NCBI GenBank assembly: GCA_050230475.1
Contig: JBFLGF010000104.1
Location: 58,712 to 78,711 of the forward strand
DNA from: Ancylonema sp.
Lineage: Eukaryota
DNA: 20,000 nucleotides
Direction of reading: 5' to 3'
This document shows, piece by piece, positions 10,994-20,000 of the stretch (positions are counted from its first letter, which is position 1; each line of letters opens with the position of its first letter). The notes below the pieces were generated by a model that saw only the letters and a program-made list of their open reading frames with translations, was not told the origin of the DNA and ran no database searches. A program made the translations under genes and the position numbers.

Positions 10994-11066
10994 CCGCCTC
11001 CCTCATCGCGTTCCGCGCTTTGAGGGGGGGGATACCACTTTTACGGGCCCACTACGGGGAAAGTGT

Positions 11067-11139
11067 TGACCAGGTGAGGGATCGATCCCGAGACTTGTCC
11101 TTTGACGCGGGACTGCTCTAACCACTGAACTACCCAGTC
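11067..11139 (-). tRNA. tRNA-derived sequence in the TRIM 3' LTR (anticodon position GTC; probably not a decoding tRNA)
   Basis: 73 nt. Acceptor GACTGGG/CCTGGTC, A box TAGTTCAGTGG, D stem GTTC/GAGC, anticodon arm GTCCC-GCGTCAA-AGGAC, B-box-like GGATCGATCCC. Confidence 0.75.
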
Positions 11140-11358
11140 CGATGTGTTTTGGCGCGGCGTGCCCTTATATAACCGATGGAATAAGCACCCGCCACGTGTG
11201 TTATAATTTAGTCACCCGCTAGTCACCGTAGCATATCCCGCCGGTTGACTACGGGCTCACTTTCCAATACACCCCTTCAGATCATAGTCAACGACCGGCT
11301 TCACCGGCTCCCCTATGGCTCTGATACCAATTTTACGGGCCCACTACGGGGAAAATGT

Positions 11359-11431
11359 TGACGAGTCCAGGGATCGAACCCAGGACCTGTCTTTTGACGC
11401 GGGACTGCTCTAACCACTAAGTTACCCAGTC
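11359..11431 (-). tRNA. tRNA-derived sequence in the TRIM 5' LTR
   Basis: 73 nt: GACTGGGTAACTTAGTGGTTAGAGCAGTCCCGCGTCAAAAGACAGGTCCTGGGTTCGATCCCTGGACTCGTCA, with a canonical B box GGTTCGATCCC. Confidence 0.78.
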
Positions 11432-11561
11432 CGATGTGTTTTGGCGCGGCGTGCTCTCATATAACCGATAGAATAAGCACCCGCCATGTGTGTTATAATT
11501 TAGTCCCCCGCTAGTCACGGTAGCATATCCCGCCGGTTGACTACGGGCTGACTTTCCAACA

Positions 11562-12470
11562 CGGAAAATCGTGCGTGAAGAGATCAACGAGCGCAAGCGT
11601 GGACAACCGGCTCATGGCGAACACCATCCGAATTTTGGAGGAGCCGGCGCTGACCAGATTGGCGGGCCGCAGAATGGAGGGGCGAGAGACATGCGCAACG
11701 TGCAGTGCCATGGGTGTTGGCGGTACGGGCACTACAAGGGGGATGGCCCGAGTGGAGGGTCGCAGCAGCCGGACACGAGATTGTGCCATAACTGCCATCA
11801 GTGTGGCCACCTAAGCCGCAACTACACGAGGCCCCGAGACAACGGGCATCAGATCGGCGGTCGTCAGCAACAGTATGGGGGAGGAGAGCGAGATCAGTAG
11901 CAGCAGAGAGAGCTGCAGTGTACTAATTGCAACAAGCTAGGACACCTCAAGGACCGGTGTAGGCCTCGGAAGCAAGAGAAGGAGGGGTCCGCCAAATTGG
12001 CAGCGTGCGCAAATGCTGAGTTTGGCCAGAATGCGGAGATGCTAAATTTCGGGATAGCGGTGTTCGCGAGCGACATGCGAGTAGTGAATGCGGCGTTGGA
12101 GGGAAGTTCTTGATTTTGGATTCCGCGGCAACGGATCATATCTTCCCCAGCCGTACAGACTTCGAGCGATACTCTACCGTGGTGTCAGCCGACAAGACGC
12201 ACGTGCGCACGGGTGACGGGAGGGCCTATCCCGTATTTGGGGTAGGGATGGTGAGGGTGATGTTGAAAAAACGGGAGTCGGTGGAGGAGGTTATCCTGGA
12301 TGCCCTACACGTGCCCAGCATGGGTCAACAGTTGATGAGCATGGACTGCCTCAACACACGTGCGGGGGTGGGATTCCAGCTTAGTGAGAGGGGGGTGCCT
12401 ACTTTATCAAGGCATGGCAGAAATTGGGTGGATGTTAAACGGCATAGAAGTAGCCGACCTAACGCTGAAA
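11562..12470 (+). mobile_element. Ty1/Copia copy A, 3' fragment (gag zinc knuckles plus protease), ending in an 18-nt LTR-end remnant
   Basis: Inverted homologue of ~14375-15274. CHGCWRYGH, CHNCHQCGH, CTNCNKLGHLKDRC, ILDSAATDH. gccgacctaacgctgaaa (12453-12470) matches the LTR U5 end gccgaccgaacgctaaaa at 16/18. Confidence 0.85.
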
Positions 12471-12508
12471 CACACAGGCTAATTGGTATTCCAGCTTTAA
12501 ATTTTTTT

Positions 12509-12991
12509 TTTTAGCATTCGGTCGGCCAATTGCACTCGATGCTCATAATCAGGATACAACGCAAAAATGCTTTTCCGTACGACAGGAGAGTTGCTTGTGG
12601 ATCAATTATTGTAAAAGTGTTATCGTCGGGAGTAAAGTACCCCGACGATCGTACAACGGACAAATTAGCTCGGACACTTTTCGATAGCCGACGGTCGGAA
12701 CTCCGACCGTTGGCCAATCACAAACTAGCGTCACATCAAAGATTCACGGCAACTTGCCGGACTAAACCGACACCAATCACTCTAGCCGATGGATTGATGA
12801 CACCGCCCTAGAGTCGTTTTGACAGGATTAACGACTACAAGAGATTGACACGCCGTACAAGTGTGGACACGTGCAAAGGCGGACGGATGCCCGGGTGTGG
12901 TGTACCCGGCTCCGTGCAACAAAAGACTTAGGCAATTATTCCGGACTAGGCAATCAAGTCAAGTAGGCGCCTATCCGAACAATTTCTAACA
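12509..12991 (-). repeat. 3' LTR of Copia B
   Basis: Direct repeat of 16192-16656. Begins TGTTAG on - directly after the PPT. Left boundary is blurred by a T run. Confidence 0.9.
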
Positions 12992-13234
12992 CACCCCCTC
13001 GGATCACTTGCCTTGATTGGCATTGTCTAAGTACAAAAGAGGACTACCCTACATTATAATCGGGTAGTTTGGTCTTCCCTAATCATAAAAGCAAACTAGG
13101 GGCTCCTATCTAAATCACAAATCAACCTCGCTTGAAATTCACACGCTCCCGCTCCATACTCGTGTTTCGGGCCGGAGCCTTGAACATACAGACAAATACC
13201 ACAAGTTAGTGAAAAACAAAGACAAGAAGAAAAC

Positions 13235-13274
13235 ATTTTTCACTTTTTCACTTTTTCACTTTTTCACTTTTTCA
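13235..13274 (+). repeat. Short tandem repeat (CTTTTTCA) x~5
   Basis: Directly visible; degenerate copies at ~13435-13460. Confidence 0.85.
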
Positions 13275-13848
13275 TCCGTGCAGCCACAAAAATTGAAGTC
13301 TGCACAACTATTTGACAACACGTCTGCACAACCTGAGATTTTGTGAAAACAATCAACACAGCATTACAAACATGCATGCCAAGTTTCATTTCAAACAAAG
13401 ATAACATGCCAAAGTTACATTTTTGAAGCGTCATTTTTTTTCACATTTTTCACATTTTCAGCAAGTAAAAGGTTAAAGTTGGAAAGGACTCAGCTTTTAA
13501 AGGTCTAGAAGTCCTCCATCCTGGTTCAAACTCACAATCCCCCCCTGGCAAGCAAGGCAGGTGGATCCAAAAACTCCTCTCAAGTTGTACCCCCTGTTTA
13601 TTGGGACCCTACCAAAACTAACATTCTGGCAGTAAACTGTCTGCCCAGAATACCCCTGTCCAGTAAAATTATCACTACTCCCAGATCGCTCATTCAATCA
13701 AATCGAATTTCTATGGTAATTGTAGCTAACTTATGTGGCTCTCCAACGCAATTTTTCATCGACAAATCGGTTGATTCTGTTGCTACTGGCATCATTTCTC
13801 CTGAACTGCTGTCAGCAGACTGTCTCCTGAACTATCATCCCCCCTCAT

Positions 13849-15887
13849 CTATCCTCCCCACAAAGAACTTGGCCAGCCATGGACCCTCTCATACCCATCG
13901 TGTCTTACAGCACCTCCAGACCTTCTAGCAACACCACCCCCTAGATCTTGACATCCCATGAGATCAAGAAGGGCGCAGGGTTGGAAGTTAGTTTGGTTGT
14001 TGGCTAAGGACTCTCCCCCCGTTCTAGACTTATACTCCTCGCTCATGTCTCGCCCTCGGGCACCCCCATCAGTCTCCCTATCTCCTAGCACATCAGTTAT
14101 CATGTCCAGCCCAGTCGAATTCAAGTTCACGGGGTTGAAGGTTGGAAGGGTAGGTGGGGGGTCTGAAAGTTCATGTTCAGGGTTGAAGGAGAATGGTTTC
14201 CCCGGCATACCCATAGCCATATATTTCGTCAACTCTATCTCCTTGCCCCCACCTTTGAATGCACCCCCTCCCCCTTTCACTTCACCCCCTCCTTCTATCA
14301 TTCTACCCCTTCCTTCCTTTATGACACCCTCATGCGTGGGATTCACTACCCCTCCCATTAATATCAACAAGCCACTACCATGTCGCCTAACATCCACCCA
14401 ATTTCTCCCATGCCTTGACAAATGAGGCACCCCCCTCTCACTAAGCTGGAATCCCACCCCCCCACGTTTGTTGAGGCAGTCCATGCTCACCAATTGTTGA
14501 CCCAAACTGGGCACGTGAAGGGCATTTAGCATTTTCTCCTCTACCGACTCCCCTTCCTTCAATACCACCCTCACCATCCCTACCCCAAATACTAGATGGG
14601 CCCTCCCGTCAGTCGTGCGCACGTGCGTCTTGTCGGCTGGCACCACGGTGGAGTATCGCTCGAAGTCTTTATGATCCGTTGCCGCAAAATCCAAAATCAA
14701 GAATTTTCCCTCCAATGCCGCATTCACTACTGGCATGTCGCTCGCGAAAACCGCCATCCCGAAATTCAGCATCCCCACATTTCGTTCACTAAAGTCGAGT
14801 GCATTCTGGCCAAACTCAGCCCCTACGCACGCCGCCAATCTGGCGGACCCTTCCTCATCCTGCTTGCGAAGCCTACACCGGTCCTTAAGGTGTCCTGGCT
14901 TGTTGCAATAAGTACACTTCAACTCTTTTTGTTGCTGCTGATCTCGCTCTCCTCCCCCATACTGCTGCTAACGACCTCCGATTTGTTGCTCGTTGTCCCG
15001 GGGCCTCATGTAGTTGCGGCTCAGGTGGCCAAACTGATGGCAGTTATGGCACAATCTCGTGTCCGGCTGCTGCGGCCCTCCACTCGGGCAAGCCGCCTTG
15101 TAGTGCCTATACATCCGACACCCATGGCAGTGGACGTTGCGCATGTCCCTCGCCCCTCCATTCTGCGGCCCGCCAATCTGGCCACCGCCGGCTCCTCCAA
15201 AATTTGCATCGTGCTCGCCATCAGTCGAATGTCTACGCTTGCGCTCGTTGATCTCTTCACGCACGTTGGTCCGCGGTAGCGCTGAGACGATGCGCGGAAT
15301 CGTGTAGTGGCTGACAGCGGTTGTCGCCCAAAGTATGACCGATCCCACCAGTAGATTGTAGCGGGAGTTCAACGAGTTCAGTAGCGACGTGGCCTCTTTC
15401 GATGGCGTCAGCGGCTTTCCAAGGGCATCGAGCTCTTCATGTATTGCCTGCAAGCGAAGGACGTAAACCAGCACCTCTTCAGCTTCATACATTATGATGG
15501 CTGAAAGCCTCGCAGTAGCATTTGCAATTTCAATGTCACCTTGCAGCACATAATGAGACTCAAGTGCCTCCCACATTTCATACGCAAACGCACACCTCCT
15601 AACATCAACTAGAATGTGATGTGCCATGCATCAGATTCTAGTTGCCTGGCATCGATGACAATTCGACGAGCAGCATTTGCAGCAATTCTAACGACATTAT
15701 TAGCAAGAAGATTCAGATCTGCCTGTGTTAGAGGCACGATAACCGGAGGTCGAGGTTCTCTCGCCTTCCCCTTGAACTCAAAGACCACCTTGTGAAGCTT
15801 TTTCCCGATGAGTCCAAATCGCATCTTGAACGCCCACGCCTTGTATGTGGCTCCACTGAACTACGGGATGTTACTTTTGTCCCCCAT
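13849..15887 (-). pseudogene. Copia gag-protease (stops/frameshifts) plus unrecognised C-terminal extension
   Basis: MGDKSNIP*FSGATYKAWAFKMRF; AYEMWEALESHY; LLNSLNSRY; three CCHC-like knuckles; ILDFAATDH; ALHVPSLGQQLVSM. Confidence 0.85.
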
Positions 15888-16191
15888 TCTGCGAGCACGT
15901 TAGCAATACAAGCGCAAAAAACCACAGCAAGCAGGAAAACCAATTGAAGCACACACACACTCAAAGGCGGCCGAAGCGAGTCAGCTGGCCCCTAATAACA
16001 GCCCCACACGCAATCCGCAATTACGGGCAACAAATTTCCCACACAAATTGCCCTAACAACACTTGCCCTAACAACACAGGCGCAATTTACCGTTATGTTC
16101 CGTGACTTGGCACCACAGTGGATCGCGTGGAACCTATACGAGTCTGACACCACGGCGTCCGAAATCCTAGACCGCCTGTAGGCCCATAAAC

Positions 16192-16656
16192 TTTTAGCGT
16201 TCGGTCGGCCAATTGCACTCGATACTGGGAATCAGGCTACAACGCAAAGATGCTTTTCCGTACGATAGGAGAGTTGCTTGTGGAACAGTTATTGTAAAAG
16301 TGTTATCGTTGGGAGTAAAGTATCCCGACGATCGGACAACGGATTTCTACAGCCGACGGTCGGAACTCCGACCGTTGGCCAATCACAAAATAGCGTCACA
16401 TCAAAGATCCACGGCAACTTGCCGGACTGAACTGACACCAATCATTCTAGCCGATGGATTGATGACACCGCCCTAGAGTCGTTCTGACATGACTAACGAC
16501 TACAAGAGATTAACACGCTGTACAAGTGTGGACACGTGCAAAGGCGGACGGATGCCCGGGTGTGGTGTACCCGGCTCCGTGCAACAAAAGACTTAGGCAA
16601 TTATTCCGGACTAGGCAATCAAGTCAAGTAGGCGCCTATCCGAACAATTTCTAACA
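16192..16656 (-). repeat. 5' LTR of Copia B
   Basis: TGTTAG...CTAAAA on -, followed immediately by the PBS. Confidence 0.9.
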
Positions 16657-17152
16657 CAAGTAATCACGTAGCACTCCAAAAGTCACGACATGAGCAAATA
16701 CACGTGCGAGTGAATAAAGTGTTCCGGGAAGAGTTTCCGAAAATTGAAGACAATGTGTCTAGTTTGGACATCAAGTAGGACGGCGCCAGCGGGCTCGAAG
16801 AGCGGCGCTGGCCCGAAAGTCTACAACAACTGTCGCACGCGTGACAACGGCACCCTGTTGGCTAAACTTAGTGGCTATCGGCGAAGGACTTATAGCAAGA
16901 CATAAAATTCTAGGGAATCAATTACATCCAATCCTCACAAACGCGGCTGACGGCGACTTTGTAATCTCCGTACCTTAATAAAAGCTCTTATAACATTTGT
17001 CCTACAACAACGGCAACTTAACTATTCACGTCATAAAGGCTCCTACCCCAGGATAACGGTGCTGAACACCCGTTATAAGCACACGATGTTATTCACTATG
17101 ACAACTGTCGTATCGAATACGATCGTTACTAGCAAAGATAACTAACATGCCA

Positions 17153-17348
17153 GATGGAGTCGGCAAACAGCCTGTCGACGAAATCTCTCAATAACAAAGA
17201 AATCGACAGATTTGGAAATTTTTTACAAAACTTGACTTTTTATAATTTTATGCGTCGATGAAAATGACGGATGTCGGTTGATGACTTGGCTGCTTGTCTG
17301 GATGAGCAACATCAGGATTGGGCCTTTGGTCATCATCTGGATCTCACT
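17153..17348 (-). repeat. Second copy of the LTR start seen at 18570-18765
   Basis: ~195-bp direct repeat, atggagtcggcaaa...ttggtcatcatctggatctcact, identical over the last ~40 bp. Confidence 0.8.
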
Positions 17349-18569
17349 AAAGTTGATTAGTGTAGGTTGAATCCCTACTGACCACACAAGAATGTAATTC
17401 AAGCATGGTACGTGACTTATCAACGAAGTTTGTCCGTAGCTACTACTCGCCGAAAGCTAAGATGCACTCAACGCTTAGTGGTGGGAGGTATAAAAACAAC
17501 ACTAAGGTTAATCAGGCGTTGCAGGTTATCGTACTTCACAACAAGTGACAGCTACGAGTAAAGAGAACGCAAGGCAAATAGCTATAGAATTTCTACAAGG
17601 GTGCAGAATGAATGATAATTGGTGCGTCAGGATGCGCACTCACTATTGGTTTGTCGTGAATAAAACGATTCACTGAGAAACTGCAACGGGTCGGAAAATA
17701 AAACGGGTGCACGCAATTCAAAGGGTGAATTGTCTGACTGAGCTCGCACGAAACGGTGCAGCTAATTGTAACGATTTCTGACGCCAGCAAAAACGGCTGA
17801 CAATCAACGACTTGCGAGGGTCACGATTTTGCAATTCTGACTACGGGAAAATTTCACACTATGCGTATGCAAAGTGGCACACGACTTTTTGTACTACTTG
17901 AGATGCGACAGCACGCACAAGCAAACAAGCAATTTCGCAGAACGTACGGCTGGATGGAGCGACGCGAAGTTTGCAGAAATTCACAGAGAATATCAAAGGC
18001 GAAACGGCACACTTGATAACGATTGTTGACGATTGCAAATCACACGAATTCACATAGATTGCAAAGATGGCGATTGCAAAGAGTTGTTGAAATTCAAACT
18101 GCGTAAACTGACAGCGGTAGCTTGCAGTTCAGAAAGCGACTTAGGCTTTAGTACAATCGACGCGCCGTTTCACACGCGCGGTAATCTAGATCTTATCTTG
18201 ATAGAAAACGAATAGACTAGACAGAGATAGCTTATCGTGACTGTCTATTCTAGAGTTCTAGATTTAACACGTGCGGCAGTTTAAACGCCAGGCTGGCTGA
18301 CTGAGATAAAGCTCGGCGCGCACTGGGAATTTACTACAAAAATACTCCGAATTAAAATCCAAAAAATGGTACACCGACTTTTCTAGATTGACTGAGTATA
18401 ACAAAATTATCAAATCAAACGTCTGACTGATCGAAACTCATATAACGGCAGAGTTCGATATAACGACTAAAAATCAACAATTACCAAAATTGCTACTTTT
18501 CAAGCGGATCGACAATTAAAAAGAATTTGCTTTCTAACGATCTCTAGCGGCATGACAGCTGACGTGCTA

Positions 18570-18763
18570 CATGGAGTCGGCAAATAGCCTATCGACGAAA
18601 TCTTTCAAAAATAAAGAAATCGACAGATTTTGGAAAAATCTGCAAAACACGACTTTTTATATTTGTCTACGTCGATGAAAGTGACGGTTGTTGGTTGATG
18701 ACTTGGCTGCTTGTTTGGATGAACAACATCAGGATTGGGCCTTTGGTCATCATCTGGATCTCA
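18570..18763 (-). repeat. Start of the probable 3' LTR of the DNMT-carrying element (distal end undetermined)
   Basis: On -, a G9 PPT (18774-18766) plus AG is followed by TGAGATCC at 18763. The repeat boundary coincides with this point. Confidence 0.7.
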
Positions 18764-18777
18764 CTCCCCCCCCCAAG

Positions 18778-19998
18778 CTACGAACTCTCTGCGTCAGAGG
18801 CTGGGACACATGGACAGATGATGTAGAGCAAGGTTAGGATGTATTGCAGAATGCCAGGTTTCTTGGTGTTCACTCGTGAGACATAAGTTTTCTCAAACGA
18901 AGTGCACACACGTCCAGGTTGGTTAGGAAGTCCGAATTGCATTGGTTTCTAGTAGTATGCATGATGAGAGGTGCCGGAGTCATACCGTAGTTGAATGGCA
19001 TGCAAGGGTGAAGGAAATTGCTCTGACAGAAACTGTGGGTTGTTCATGTGTGGTGAGACAGCAGGGGTTGACACAGGGTTAGGATCTACTGTGGTTACTC
19101 GCCAAGGTGTACACCGGGAGGTTTCTTCAGATAGAGGTTGTGAGTGACAAATCAAATCTGGATTTTCTGCCCAAAAATCCAAAATTACTTTTTCAATTTT
19201 AAGTAACGTGGTTGCATTTGCATCGAGGGACTCTGTTTGAGTGATAGCTGGCTAAGAGCAAGGGTAAATAGTGGTCGAAGATGTCGATACGGAAGAGAAT
19301 GCACCGGTGGTTTTTCAAGGTTCATCATTAACAGGTGGTGGGATTGCTAATGGCGCAAGGTGAACTGAGCGTACGGGTTTCTTCTTTTTGTTTTGTTGCT
19401 TGGGTTTCACATGCATTGGATGGGTGACAGGATGCATTGTAACTTTGGTTGAGTTGGCCCTCTGCCTCAACAAGGATGGTGGAGAATACTTGATAGTTGA
19501 GGTGAGGCGCTGTCCTTGTGGGTTGTAGGTTGCCATAATGATGGATGCCAGCCAGTGGGTGACGTGGCGATCGAGGGACAACCCAAGGGTGCTGCGACGC
19601 TGAGCAGCGGTGCGGATAATTCCCACTGATCCTGCGGTGGCCCCCGTTGTGAAGCCCATGGCACGTTCTAGGTCATAGGGTGAGGGTGTAATGTAGGTTC
19701 CAGATTGTTGTTCATACACCATGTCCTCGCTTGGGTGACCGGTGGCCGGATCGATGGTGAAGTCAAAACTATCGGGGTACGGGGTGATAGGCGGGAATGC
19801 ACGTCGGGGTTGCCCAGCAATGTTCACAATCGGGGGTTGCACATCACTGGCAAGCATTGGTGTCGGGAAATGTTCTGGTTCTAAAATGTCTTCAAATTGA
19901 CATCCAATCGTTTCACCAGGTAAGCAAGTTTCGAGAAGGCGGGTCGGTATGTGGTTCTGCCACACAAGGGTTGATCGGTGGTTGTTGGAGTTGACCGC
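18778..19998 (-). pseudogene. C-terminal part of a retroelement ORF containing a C5 cytosine methyltransferase-like domain (motifs VIII-X); open at the window edge
   Basis: NSNNHRSTLVWQN (VIII-like), YDLERAMGF (IX-like), QRRSTLGLSLDRHVTHWL (X-like). The same frame runs, through stops at 19317, 19254 and 18951, to a TAG at 18780 just before the PPT. Confidence 0.65.
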
Positions 19999-20000
19999 GG

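Larger units (their letters stand above)
3743..11035 (+). mobile_element. Ty3/Gypsy chromovirus element 1 (Tf1/sushi/Tcn1-like); 3' LTR missing; interrupted at 8869/10994
   Basis: Order is 5' LTR, PBS, gag-PR-RT-RNaseH-IN-chromodomain. The ORF tail and PPT (GAGGGGGGGGA, ~11022-11032) resume after the nested insertion. Confidence 0.93.
11039..11561 (-). mobile_element. TRIM (non-autonomous mini LTR element) with tRNA-like LTRs
   Basis: Two ~231-bp direct repeats (11039-11269, 11331-11561) flank a 61-bp non-coding core. The core holds PBS TGGTATCAGAGCCA (11329-11316, complementary to the tRNAiMet 3' end) and PPT GAAGGGGTG (11278-11270). Confidence 0.9.
12509..16656 (-). mobile_element. Ty1/Copia copy B, gag-protease-only non-autonomous element
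   Basis: 5' LTR 16656-16192. Half-tRNAiMet-type PBS GTTTATGGGCCTA (16191-16179). gag/PR. PPT GAGGGGGTG (13000-12992). 3' LTR 12991-~12509. No IN/RT/RH motifs recognised and no TSD found. Confidence 0.88.

Noticed and set aside
11067..11431. Functional tRNA-Asp genes
   Set aside because: No U33, mismatched stems, unlike canonical tRNA-Asp, and embedded in LTRs.
12530..12811. ORFs in the Copia LTRs (also 16213-16476) and other antisense ORFs
   Set aside because: Shared only because the LTRs are duplicated; non-ATG starts and no recognisable domain.
3670..15887. TAG=Gln alternative genetic code, suggested by TAG aligning with CAG
   Set aside because: The Gln-rich ~200-codon MORC exon contains no TAA or TAG; deamination explains the stops more simply.
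2120..17190. One large MULE/foldback transposon with long TIRs
   Set aside because: The arms are highly diverged, no termini or TSD were found, and the right arm is contiguous with an LTR-start-like repeat.
1..20000. CRISPR array or prokaryotic defence system
   Set aside because: No repeat-spacer periodicity or operon structure; spliceosomal introns and LTR elements indicate eukaryotic DNA.

Overview
Eukaryotic, most likely green-plant-lineage (streptophyte alga or bryophyte-like) DNA; the host assignment is inferred from a plant-type MORC gene. The left end holds the first two coding exons of a MORC (Microrchidia GHKL ATPase) gene on the - strand. Most of the rest is a nested LTR-retrotransposon cluster. 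It contains a fragmented Ty1/Copia copy (+), interrupted by a Ty3/Gypsy chromovirus (+). The chromovirus has a Tf1-like self-priming PBS, and an internally deleted sibling is inserted into it in inverted orientation. A small TRIM with a 73-nt tRNA-like cloverleaf in each LTR follows, then a gag-protease-only Copia element (-). At the right end is the 3' part of another LTR element (-) whose last reading frame resembles the C-terminal half of a C5 cytosine DNA methyltransferase. The most notable items are the DNMT-like cargo, the tRNA-LTR TRIM and the self-primer copy retained at an insertion junction. All assignments were made by eye; no searches were run.
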